Origin: Welwitschia mirabilis
Taxonomy: Eukaryota
Assembly: GCA_051453625.1 (NCBI GenBank)
Contig: JBOZIK010000001.1
Location: 41,956,466-41,992,688, forward strand
Direction of reading: 5' to 3'
DNA: 36,223 nucleotides
In this document: positions 11,938 to 24,185 of the stretch, in pieces
Layout of the letters: every line of letters begins with the position of its first letter
Position numbering within the stretch: position 1 is the stretch's first letter
Translations under genes and position numbers: made by a program
The notes under the pieces: model-generated
Databases searched by the model: none
What the model was told of the DNA's origin: nothing
The model's input: only the letters and a program-made list of their open reading frames with translations

Positions 11938-12105
11938 CCTTTCTGTATGTGTAGTGAGTTCTCTGAGAAATGATCCATCTGAAGAAGACCATGTTTTCAG
12001 GGTCTTGTTTGCTATGACGCTTCCCAGTAGTCTTCCATATTTTGAGGATTTGATGCTTGGTATTGATCTCTCATGGCCTGTTAACACGTGCTTTGTCTTA
12101 CATGA
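11938..12105 (-). pseudogene. WD40-repeat fragment resembling the first repeat of WDR5 (COMPASS component)
   Basis: CKTKHVLTGHERSIPSIKSSKYGRLLGSVIANKTLKTWSSSDGSFLRELTTHTE resembles TL.GH.RA.SSVKFS.DGRLL.S.SADKT...W.......E..GH. Confidence 0.7.
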
Positions 12106-13301
12106 CAAATGCATATGTAGTAAATAACACGTTGAACCGTCTAGCACAGATCTCCTGTGAGTATAATGTATTGCACTGATCTTTTCCGCCAACGTAGAGA
12201 ACACAAGATGATGTTGGAAGTCATTGTGAAGCTCACTCTTCCAATTACTCGTGATAGCATGTTGGACTATTATCAGATGGCGGCAATAGTTTCCTATGAA
12301 TTCCACGATCTCCTAGTGCACTACGAGCGCTGGATCGCATTAGCCAAACTGTAGGTTCCGAGACGCCGATGCTGAGACTCATTCCTTCTAATGATAAAAA
12401 ATAATAAACATTTTCTAGAATCTTTGCAAATACTCTGAATCGGACCCCTGCATGCCGTCGTGAAGGAGAAGGAGGTGCTTGACTGTGAGCTGCACACAAT
12501 CATTGGCAGCACTGCTGAAGCTGCAAACATTGGTGGACATTGCCCCATAACATATGAATTATATGTGTTCAGATTATACATAATTTATTGACTGTAGATG
12601 GGATACTGATATGTATTATATGAAGTGTTTTCTCGATGACGGTCCAGCCATGTAATCGAGTGCTTGATAGTTGCCTTTCCTGAGGTCTCAACTGCAAGTA
12701 AAGGGCGAGGCCCATTCAGTAAGCAATAAATATCGATGACCATAAAAAAGACGAACGCTATTAAAATGTCATGAAATATATAATAATGAGAAAAATAGAT
12801 GGAATTAAAAAAGAAGTCATTGATTTTAAAATCAGGAATAAGTAAGGCCAAAGGGGAGGATATAGTAATGTAGAATAAAATAGGGTAAGGGAATACGTGA
12901 CAAATATATGGGTATAATAAAAAANNNNNNNNNNNNNNNNNNNNNNNNNNNNNATAAGGTAAAAATGGGTGGTGGATATTTATTAAAGATGGATATTAGA
13001 AATGAATAGGAAAAAATGAAGGGAAATAACAAGATAAGGAGTAGAATGAGGATTAGGAAATATATAAGATTGGGAAATCAGTAGCCTAGATAAGGAGAAC
13101 AATGACAAGGGGTACTAATTGTATAATAAACTTATGGTAAGAGGGAGAGTGAGTTGAGAACATAATAGGACATAAGTGGAACGATTTTATGATATAAGGA
13201 AATTGGATTACTTTGGAGAAAATGAATAGGCAGTGAAATGATATGGTGAAGAAAGTATGTTATATGGATGATAAAAGGGGAATTACCATTACAAGTAGGG
13301 T

Positions 13302-15700
13302 AAAAAGAAGGGGGCATTGTTTAAACACACAATTTTGCCTTATTTCTCTAATGCAAGCTTCTAATGCACCATGAACTACTATGATTTCTTGTCAGATCTT
13401 ACCACTTTGCCTACAAATCAACATGACAGGAACCTTTACCAACTAGTAAGTTTCTATTCTATACTTGTACCAAATTCTTCATGATTTCTATCATTACAAA
13501 TGTCTAAATCTAGGTTTTGAAGGGATTTTCTCAATGGTTTTCCATTTTTGTTAAATACCTTCAAGTTTATCATGGATCCAATCTCATTTGTGCCCTGATT
13601 TTCTAAGGGAATAACCATCAAGGAAAATCTATAGTATTTTCTCCAAGTTTGTTTTAATTTCTCCATGTTTATGGTATTCTCCAAAATTCTGTTAGAATCG
13701 AAGGGTTTAGTGACAACGTTTCATTCTTTCAAGCCAAGGAAACCACCTATAGTCTTAGAACTATGGACCAAGTACTACCACCAATGAGCATGCCCAAGCT
13801 CAATAATCTTTACCACCTTCTATGCTAAAGAATAGATTCCACAACAAAGAATCTTGTCATAGGAAGCAAAAGCTAAAAGGAAGAGATTCATGAAGTCATT
13901 ATCATTCTTGAAAGAGATTACAGTGTGTGGCTAGAAACTATAGAACCTAGCATAATTCAGAACTTGGTTCACTGGGGTCTAGTTTGTTTACATGTTTTGT
14001 CCATAGAGAATTCTATCTAAAACTAGGTTAAAGAATTTTGCTAAAGAATGACTTTTCATTATAGATATGTTAGCATCAATGAAGATCCTAATTAGCTAGA
14101 GAGAGAATTCAACATGAAATCAAAGGTGGGATTGATAGACATTAAAATTACCAAGGAGCTTTTGCACAAGGATTTAATATTCCCAATAAGAAAAGTTTTA
14201 TGCACTACCATGGCAAACTGTAATGGAAATGATGTTACTTTTCCTTATTATCAAGTCCATTGCGACTCGATGGACTCATGACTAAATTTCACAGTTATAA
14301 TAAGCATGTTCAAGCATTACAGGGCAAAGCTGTTAGTGATAAGGAGCTATCACACTATAATAGGAAATATAACAATATCAGCACACTATGATAGAGTACA
14401 ATGTTGCAAGGCATCACATGGTGAAAAACTAGTGACGATGTATTTTTTAAAGATTAGACTGCTAGCATGTAGGAATAAAAAGATGTGTGGGACAAGTAAC
14501 ACTGAAATCTATTGCTCAGTTATAGCTCCATGATAAATTATCACTAAGTGACAAGAATAGAAGAAGATAATGTTCATGACTTATTACCACTTTTTAAGGA
14601 TCAAAACAATCATGCTATTATGCTGTGATGATTCTATGAGAAGGTTAAGTTAAAGTTATTTTAAGTAAGTTAACTTGTGTATCATGCCATAATAAGAATC
14701 TCAAGAGACAACAATCAGCATTTAAAAAATATAAGAAGAAGTATTTCACATCTATCACCTATATGACAATCATGCACCAGGACTAAATTGTGTTTCAAAA
14801 AATAATAGTTAATACTAAAATTATTATAAGGATAAGAATTCCTAATCTTATAATGAAATATCTATCTCCCCACATGGAATCCTGTGTCTCATTGCAAATA
14901 ATTCCCTTATAACATATCATACCCTTCTTTTTACATTAAAAAAGAGGTTGGTTAGGTAAGGAGGATAAACATGATGCAAAATAGGCTTAGGCCAAATAAT
15001 TGTAGTATATTTCACTTGTAAACATTGTTATTAATGTAATAAAGCTTTGGTTACTAATCCTCTTAGTACAATTTTAGTTTATTTCCATGACAAGTAAATC
15101 TTTCAAGGCCTCCTTGCTGTTATGCTACTTAGGTGATGGTAGCCAAGTTCTTTCATTTTATTATTTTCTTTCTATTTTGTGAATTGTTTGAATAGTTTAA
15201 TTTAATTTTTACTGCATCTGAGTATGGATTATATGATAGTACTTGTATGACCCATTTTCTTGCCTTGCTATTTCCATTACAATCCCTTTCTCAATCCTAC
15301 TGATTAGGAATTTATCAATTGTACAAGCTTACTAATTAGTTCAATGCATATCATGTTTTCATAGTCAAGTGATTCCTTCATTTTGTGATATGTGTTCTAG
15401 AAGACTGATGGGTGACTTATAAAATAAATGTAGAAAGTGTCACAAAATTTCACTAGAAACTATAAACAATGTTGGAGAAGTATAGAAATTATGCTACTGT
15501 TAACCTGGAATAAGCACACATCATTAAAAATAAAAATACATGAAGGCTTACTAAAGAACTAATTATAACTTAACCATTTAGTTTAAAATTCATCATCACA
15601 ATAGTCTTGTAATGAAGTTACTTGAACTAGTAAAGTTATTTATTAAAAAGAAACTAGTATGTACATATAATACATAAAGGAGAAATAGAGAAAGAAACAA
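13302..15700 (+). mobile_element. Probable degenerate gypsy (Tat/Ogre-like) PPT and LTR; right boundary uncertain
   Basis: AAAAGAAGGGGGCA followed by TTGTTTAAACACACAATTTTGCC; purine-rich region upstream; no coding domains; no partner LTR seen. Confidence 0.3.
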
Positions 15701-17719
15701 AACATAACTGAAGTTGAGTGACCTGCTGATCACTACTTATTTCTAAGCACTGAAATTATCCTAGTGTATGTTCAGCTACATAAATAGGAGTGAGATAGAA
15801 GTAATATTACTTTTTCAAGTAATAAAAGATGCACATAATAATATTCAAATGCTTTTTAGCCTTGTATATTAAAATACCAATTGTACATAAAGACAAGTTA
15901 ACAAATGTGTTCTCCTTTTTAGGTAACACTATGGAATGTGGGGAAGTGTTGCTGACACCTTTGTAGATGAGCCAGAATTCCCTTACTTGACCTCTTTGCA
16001 TTGTCTATTGCTAAAACTTAAGTGCCAAAAAGATTCTCGCCTTTGATGGTGGTCACATTTTTATACCCTAGTTAGTTTTTCAGTTTCCTTTCTTTGCTCC
16101 TTAGAAATAGGCAAGTGGTTGAGGTTGTTATGTTAATTCACTTGTTAACCTTCTCTCTCATCTTCATGCTACTTGGCATCCTATACCTGAAATAAAATAA
16201 TGACATATTATAATACCCCAAATCTTAATGGAATGATTAGACCTATAATATTTTAATTTTTTTTATTTAATTCTATCTGTATATCACTATATTATAGATC
16301 GATAATGTTAAATAATATATCAATATATATATAATATTAAATATAATTACACAAGGAAGCTTAGTGGGTAAGTATATTAATGTAAAGAAAAAAAAAGGGA
16401 AAGAAATAATAATAAATCTGAGTGGCAGGTGAGGTTTGGTAGAGCTTTTAGGATGGCCATTGCGTAGTGCAGAGGGGGGAGGATGCAGTAGCAGAGGAGT
16501 TGTTATCAAGAATTAATGGACAAAAAAGCGGTAGGATAAAGAAGATTACCTTTAGGTCATCTGTTTTCGGCAATTTTGCAGGAAGGTCCACCGAAAAATC
16601 TCCTCCTCTTTGTTATTCTTCATAGATATTTGGTGTCCATTCATTGGTACTATAGCGCTCATAACACGAAAGGGATGGCGCATAGGGACGCGAGGAACGC
16701 ACAGAAACAAGGACGCCAAAGGAGAAGGAATCTTTTTTTTTTTTTCCACAAGAGGGCTTTGCTTGTAGGTATTTTTGCTCTACGTATTCGAAAGCGGGGC
16801 AACTGCCATGTCTGTGCCTTAATTCACAGTAATTCTTCCTTTGCAAAGGATGGAGGTGCCTTTTCATTTGAAGTTGCAGGTGATGTCCATTGAAAAAATG
16901 AGAGCTTAATAATGGAGAATACCATTGAATNNNNNNNNNNNNNNNNNNNNNNNNNNNNNNNNNNNNNNNNNNNNNNNNNNNNNNNNNNNNNNNNNNNNNN
17001 NNNNNNNNNNNNNNNNNNNNNNNNNNNNNNGCAGGTGATGTCCATTGAAAAAATGAGAGCTTAACAATGGAGAATACCATTGAATGCTAAAAAGAATGCA
17101 CGCATGTCATGAGTTCTGAAAAGTCTTCCTCAAACGAAAGTTCTTGAAGGAGACCGAACGATGCTGCGAACATGCAGAACTCTATTTCCTATTTGAACCG
17201 CAAGGCTATGAAATTACAACTCGGCATTGTTCTTTAACTTTGGCCACGGGCCGTTCGCAACTTCTTTTGTTTTCTTGGCGATAGATTTAACAGAGTTTTG
17301 AGTTCCGTTAGGGTTTGAAAATGGCCGTGGAGCATGAGTGCTGCAGGAGGAAGTTTTGGCTGTGCGGTTCTGCATTCAATTTTTCGTGGAGTAGCGGCCG
17401 GAAATGGAGACGCATGTGAAAGCTTCGAAGAAGTGAAAGGCAGTTTAGATGCAAAGGGAATTCATATTAAGTTTGGACGTGGGGATGGAAAGAGGCGTCT
17501 ATGCAACCGAAGTGCAGGGAAAGAACAAAAAAAACAGAGTTTCCGAAAAAAAAAAAAAAAGAAGAGGGCCCTCAAGCGGTTGTCCAAGATTTTCACATAG
17601 ATCAAGGTGGAAAGACTCCATCTAGGATTCCAGCCTGGGCTCAGTCAGAAGAAACTACTCCTATGCAGATGCCCACTTGAAGCCGTTCTACTCTAACTAA
17701 GGATATCGCGCTGGGCCTG

Positions 17720-17800
17720 GCATTGTAGTTTTCTGGGAGATTGGATAGTATCAGAAGAGCTTTCGCCTCCTTTTCCTCACAGCTTTGTTCATCCAAAGTA
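17720..17800 (-). pseudogene. Small copia gag-like fragment
   Basis: TLDEQSCEEKEAKALLILSNLPENYN resembles the gag motif EEDKAL.LL.SLP.SY. Confidence 0.45.
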
Positions 17801-17877
17801 TTGAGGCTATGAAAGATTATATTGTGCATTTTGAAGATACAAATCTGTGTGCTCTCCATGTTAAGCGCATCACATTT
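17800..17877 (+). pseudogene. Histone H3-family (possibly CENH3) C-terminal fragment
   Basis: [26 protein letters not shown] versus H3 [38 protein letters not shown].T is diagnostic. Confidence 0.7.
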
Positions 17878-18239
17878 AGCCTTAGAAGCAGATGGGAGAA
17901 AGGGAAGTGGCTCCAAAATATTACAAGCTTTGAACAGCAGGCCTTTATTATGGCTTTAAATCACCAGCCATTGCAAAATCCTTCTACTCGTCAAATCACA
18001 GAATGCACAAAATGTAAAGATAAAGAGACATAGAGAGGAAGAACAAACTATACACTCCCTTCAGCTCAAAAACTGATAGTGGAGATACGTTTATTTTCAT
18101 TCAATTTATTCAGGTGCACCTTACCTCCCTTTGATAGAGATTAAATAGTATTAGGATTCATTAACTGTAATTTGATTTGAAAACAAGATCTATTTTTCCT
18201 GCATCTTAATGTGGACAACGTTGCCTTCCATGAATCACA

Positions 18240-18602
18240 AATACTCATAATACACTATATAACCATCCTATGTATATAAATATATAAAGAGTACTACATT
18301 ATATGATATATAATGAAATTATATTATATTTTATGGATTACCTTATAATATATAATAAATATACTACATAGCATTTATAATATATTATACTTCATTTTAT
18401 AATATTGCACATGGTCTATATTACTTATATGCATAAAGTTAAGTCTACATCTATATTAGATTACATATGATATCATAAAAATTTTATACTACATATATAC
18501 TATGATATATATATCATACTATATTATATAACATCACCTTGGATTATATATAATGAGAAATATATATGTATGAATATATATGGCATATATGTCATATGAC
18601 AT
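18240..18602. repeat. Low-complexity TA-rich tract
   Basis: Degenerate (TA)n/TATAC-like sequence running into a ~1-kb gap. Confidence 0.5.
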
Positions 18603-21600
18603 NNNNNNNNNNNNNNNNNNNNNNNNNNNNNNNNNNNNNNNNNNNNNNNNNNNNNNNNNNNNNNNNNNNNNNNNNNNNNNNNNNNNNNNNNNNNNNNNNN
18701 NNNNNNNNNNNNNNNNNNNNNNNNNNNNNNNNNNNNNNNNNNNNNNNNNNNNNNNNNNNNNNNNNNNNNNNNNNNNNNNNNNNNNNNNNNNNNNNNNNNN
18801 NNNNNNNNNNNNNNNNNNNNNNNNNNNNNNNNNNNNNNNNNNNNNNNNNNNNNNNNNNNNNNNNNNNNNNNNNNNNNNNNNNNNNNNNNNNNNNNNNNNN
18901 NNNNNNNNNNNNNNNNNNNNNNNNNNNNNNNNNNNNNNNNNNNNNNNNNNNNNNNNNNNNNNNNNNNNNNNNNNNNNNNNNNNNNNNNNNNNNNNNNNNN
19001 NNNNNNNNNNNNNNNNNNNNNNNNNNNNNNNNNNNNNNNNNNNNNNNNNNNNNNNNNNNNNNNNNNNNNNNNNNNNNNNNNNNNNNNNNNNNNNNNNNNN
19101 NNNNNNNNNNNNNNNNNNNNNNNNNNNNNNNNNNNNNNNNNNNNNNNNNNNNNNNNNNNNNNNNNNNNNNNNNNNNNNNNNNNNNNNNNNNNNNNNNNNN
19201 NNNNNNNNNNNNNNNNNNNNNNNNNNNNNNNNNNNNNNNNNNNNNNNNNNNNNNNNNNNNNNNNNNNNNNNNNNNNNNNNNNNNNNNNNNNNNNNNNNNN
19301 NNNNNNNNNNNNNNNNNNNNNNNNNNNNNNNNNNNNNNNNNNNNNNNNNNNNNNNNNNNNNNNNNNNNNNNNNNNNNNNNNNNNNNNNNNNNNNNNNNNN
19401 NNNNNNNNNNNNNNNNNNNNNNNNNNNNNNNNNNNNNNNNNNNNNNNNNNNNNNNNNNNNNNNNNNNNNNNNNNNNNNNNNNNNNNNNNNNNNNNNNNNN
19501 NNNNNNNNNNNNNNNNNNNNNNNNNNNNNNNNNNNNNNNNNNNNNNNNNNNNNNNNNNNNNNNNNNNNNNNNNNNNNNNNNNNNNNNNNATAGGACATGT
19601 ATAATAGTGCCTTGTATTATGTTAGCATTATATATATACAAGGAGAAAACATGCCGCATTCTTGAGTATAGGATAATGTTAAGAGTAAGTTTATAATGAA
19701 ACAAATTCTTAGATAAAAATTAAATATTTATGTCAACTCATTAGATAAAAATGTTATTGTAATGATCTTACTAGAATGTTTCGTCACACTTAGTCACTTA
19801 GTATTTGATTTCTAATGGTTGCTATATGTCATTAGATGTGTTGATTTATGAACATGTGTACAAGGCATAGTTTGACTAAATTCCTTTTTATTATTTTGTT
19901 GATTTTATAAGCATTTTAATTTATAGATTCAGTTACTGTGTTAGCATTATAAAACGAGCAGCTATGGTTTTTCCTTATCATAATGGTATGTGTTTATGTG
20001 ATGCAAAGTAATTATANNNNNNNNNNNNNNNNNNNNNNNNNNNNNNNNNNNNNNNNNNNNNNNNNNNNNNNNNNNNNNCTCAATATGCCTTATCGCAATC
20101 TAGGTATTTAGCTTAAACTTATTTCCTTACATATCTATGCTTATAAAGTGAACATGCTTAAGTAGTATTTGTTATCTTGTGTGTAAAAAGATGCATCATT
20201 AGTAATTTTTTTGTGATACTCGTTGAAAGATAGCTAGGCATATAATTATCTTCTTTTGTTCCTTTACTTCTATTGCACTGAGTCTTTGGAGACTGGTGAT
20301 CTAATTCAGTAGCATATGGACTAGTTTCTTTTGNNNNNNNNNNNNNNNNNNNNNNNNNNNNNNNNNNNNNNNNNNNNNNNNNNNNNNNNNNNNNNNNNNN
20401 NNNNNNNNNNNNNNNNNNNNNNNNNNNNNNNNNNNNNNNNNNNNNNNNNNNNNNNNNNNNNNNNNNNNNNNNNNNNNNNNNNNNNNNNNNNNNNNNNNNN
20501 NNNNNNNNNNNNNNNNNNNNNNNNNNNNNNNNNNNNNNNNNNNNNNNNNNNNNNNNNNNNNNNNNNNNNNNNNNNNNNNNNNNNNNNNNNNNNNNNNNNN
20601 NNNNNNNNNNNNNNNNNNNNNNNNNNNNNNNNNNNNNNNNNNNNNNNNNNNNNNNNNNNNNNNNNNNNNNNNNNNNNNNNNNNNNNNNNNNNNNNNNNNN
20701 NNNNNNNNNNNNNNNNNNNNNNNNNNNNNNNNNNNNNNNNNNNNNNNNNNNNNNNNNNNNNNNNNNNNNNNNNNNNNNNNNNNNNNNNNNNNNNNNNNNN
20801 NNNNNNNNNNNNNNNNNNNNNNNNNNNNNNNNNNNNNNNNNNNNNNNNNNNNNNNNNNNNNNNNNNNNNNNNNNNNNNNNNNNNNNNNNNNNNNNNNNNN
20901 NNNNNNNNNNNNNNNNNNNNNNNNNNNNNNNNNNNNNNNNNNNNNNNNNNNNNNNNNNNNNNNNNNNNNNNNNNNNNNNNNNNNNNNNNNNNNNNNNNNN
21001 NNNNNNNNNNNNNNNNNNNNNNNNNNNNNNNNNNNNNNNNNNNNNNNNNNNNNNNNNNNNNNCAACCATTCGACCACAACTTATATAGACTTATAGTGTG
21101 TTTTTTAATGAGATTATTGGATAATCATAGGATGAAATGTGGTGTTAATCAGGTGAGCTATCCTCATGTAGTTCTCCTGAGGCGTATCTTATTGGTAATT
21201 GAGAGGTGATTATCTTAGTCTTAGATTAATTAATCCGTTGCAATAATTGATCATGTCTTGTAAGCTACTTTTAGGTGGTTAAAAAAACATTTTCCATGAT
21301 TTTGTACTTTTTAAGTTCCATCCAAGTGCAGGTTGTGACACATATATATACTAACCTACTAACATACTAACTACTAACCTATTTATTAGTAGGCATAAAG
21401 ATAATTAAAAATGTCTATTTGCTAATGAAATATGTAATTGACACGAGGAAAAATATTTCATTAATAAGCAAATTATTACATAAAATTTAGCTTCATCAGT
21501 TCCCCTAAGCTTAAGATTTTATTAGTTTCTTAATAAACATAATATTTACAAGAGATAAAATGGAGATTTATGTTGAACTTCCTTAGAAGGGTGAGCTCCT

Positions 21601-22869
21601 TGAAGCATTCTAATAGTACAAGAAACTTAGAAAAGCAGAAGTTGTAGATTCTTATGCTTTAATTTTAGTGCTTCAAAACTGTCCTTGCTTCTCATATTCA
21701 AAATCAACACTATTAATTTTAATAGTTGCATAAATGTGATCATGGTTTTCTTAACTTACACAGGTTACTTCATATTCCATAGAATACAAATTTCTTTCAC
21801 AAAACTCATAAAGTTCTATACAAGAATTTTTTATTAAGCAAAGTCCTTCTAAAAATCTAACCCACTTACTTCAGTTGCTTTTACCTCTTCAATTCTTAAA
21901 AGCTTTGATCTCTTTGATAAAGCTTGTTCATTCATCACTCACTCCATCCCTTTCTTCATTAATTTGCTTCCCAGAAATTATCATTTGCAACTATTTAAAA
22001 TAGGCATTCATTTCTCTTGATATTCTCTTTAGCCTTTCTAAATAGTCTTTCTACTTGGTACTCAGTGTAGAACATTTTCTTTGAAGTCTTTTTAGAGGGC
22101 TGAAGTAGTAATTTTCACTTTTCTTATAAGAAGGATTAGACGAGGATTATAGAGGACCTCTACGAAGACCATCGATTTCCTTATGATGGCTGATGTTCCT
22201 CTTGAGAGCTTGTTTTGCTCCCCCTCTTGAGGTTATCCTTGTCTTCTTTCTTGCATCTATGATATCTAAAGTTAAAGTTTGTTTTGAAACCTTGATGTGA
22301 AGTTGTCTTGCCATGAATTGAAAAACATTAAAAGGCATAATTAAGGATGAAAATGAAAGAGGATTGCAAGATGCAAAGGTCATAGACCTTAAACCTTCTT
22401 AATATAGATGCAGATTCATACTTTCATTGCATTAATTCTACATGATCAAAGAGTGATCATCATCTGGACCAAATCTAAAATATATTAGACTGAATCTTTT
22501 TCATACTCTGCTGACAGTGGATAAAATCGAATTACTTATATGGAAGATGTGAGTTCAGGGATTTCACTGAGTCAGAGTTGATACTGACAACACTGATGTG
22601 GTTGACATGACTTGAACTAGACATGAGATGGATTTGATAGCATGACAAGGGTCGTCAAGAATAGGGGGAACTCATTAAGAGCAATTTTAAGTGTGGTGAA
22701 GGAGAAATACATAGTCATATTTAAGTTGCAATCACTTTTTATAGCACTAAATTTAGCAAGGGTTATCAAGAACCCAACATAGATAAGGCAAAATCAATAT
22801 TTATAAGTGAAAAATTATGAAAATAAAATGAGAATAACTAATTTTTAATAATTTTTTCATACATATTTT

Positions 22870-24185
22870 TATTTCCTTCACTATCTCATTTGATGATCTA
22901 TGAGGTCCACTATTTCATTCTATATCGGTGAATTTCTTATACTCCACTACTTCATTTCATGATTTATGAAGTCCACTACCTCATTTGGTAATCTACGGAT
23001 CTATCAATCTAACTCCCTCATTTTGTGATTTATGGATTCTCACATTCCACTGCCTCATTCGATGATCTGTGAAATCCTTATTTTCATAAGATATAAAGAT
23101 CATAAGATATCACATGAAGATGCAAGATCAAGATACATCACAAAGGTATAAATTTTTAAGAAGAATAAAATTTAGATTGCAATCACACTCAAACTTCTAA
23201 AATATTTATCAAGAAAGTGATAGAAACTAGTACTCATAGATAAGAAATACAATTCCACACTTTACAAATTTATCTAAAACATAGTATTTCATTAAGAAAG
23301 AAGCATAGAATTAAGCCTTAAAAAGAATGCAAAAGTAAGAAACAAAAGAAAGACATAAAAAAATAAAGGACCACTTAAGATTTAAAAATTAAATAGGATC
23401 ATACATAAAATTGGACGTAAACATTGTGATATTTTAAAGACTTCAAGACTTTAAGGATTCTAAGATTTCAATGCTTTTAAAGCTTTAACTTTTGAAGTTT
23501 CAAAGATCTAATAATAGAGGATTTCTGAAAAAAATGCAAATAAGAAGAGGAGAAGGTTCTATATATAAGAAGAGGATGTAGGAATATGAAGAGACATGAG
23601 GAAATGAAGAGATACCATCTTGAAAAATAAGACGATAAAGATTCTATAACCCAATCATTAATTTGCTTAGCCATTGGGTTCATTTAATATTTCATTATAA
23701 TAATAACTCTTTATCATGCTAATTATTATTTTTTAATAATAATAATCGTGAAAAAGATGCGTGTATAAGTTACAAGATTCAAGTTCTTTAGCATTTTCAA
23801 AATAAGAAAAAAAAGATAAGTTAGTCACATAGCAATATAACTTTTTCAAATTCCAAAATAATTATTAATACTAACTCAAATAAACCATAAAGAAAGAAAT
23901 ATCAGAATTCCAAGAGCACGCTAGTATATTTACTATAATAATAAGAAAAAGAAATTTAATCACAATTATTTTTATGTGACTAATCAAGATGATATATTTA
24001 GCAATAATGTATAAGGAATAACTTCAAGATAAAATTTTCATCACCTATACATATTTAGCCATTTGTAATAAATATTTTTTCCTATGAGACATTAATTTAA
24101 ACTATATTATTTATTTTTCTTTATCAAAATATTTAAATAATCCTTGGGCTAAATTTTTATAGCCTTGAAAAATTGGGATGTGACA
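22870..24185 (-). mobile_element. 3' LTR of a Ty3/gypsy (Tekay/Del-like) element; left boundary uncertain
   Basis: Minus strand begins TGTCACATCCC at 24185, after a purine-rich tract and downstream of the integrase remnant. Confidence 0.55.
22877..23072. repeat. Degenerate tandem array of about six 29-38 bp units
   Basis: Core TCCACTACCTCATTTGATGATCTATG recurs with variation. Confidence 0.7.

Noticed and set aside
12321-12581. Cyclin-like PPMFAASAV on the minus strand and PP2C-like GSTA/ANIG on the plus strand
   Set aside because: The matches are too short and wrongly spaced to assign either family.
15900-16200. Possible splice acceptor plus ATG of a DNA-transposon accessory ORF (minus strand)
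   Set aside because: The frame closes quickly and contains no recognisable motif.
16876-17085. 55-bp direct repeat
   Set aside because: Flanks a 100-N gap; assembly overlap.
21063-21340. GGTTGTGACA LTR-end-like motif
   Set aside because: Plausible gypsy LTR end, but upstream is gap and no PBS or partner LTR is visible.
22147-22383. ORF with MARQ...TSRGGAKQALKR resembling a histone tail
   Set aside because: No histone fold follows; more likely a decayed TE ORF, and the similarity is only compositional.
22877-23072. CRISPR-like appearance of the repeat array
   Set aside because: Units are degenerate, lack unique equal-length spacers, have no cas genes nearby and lie in a plant retroelement.
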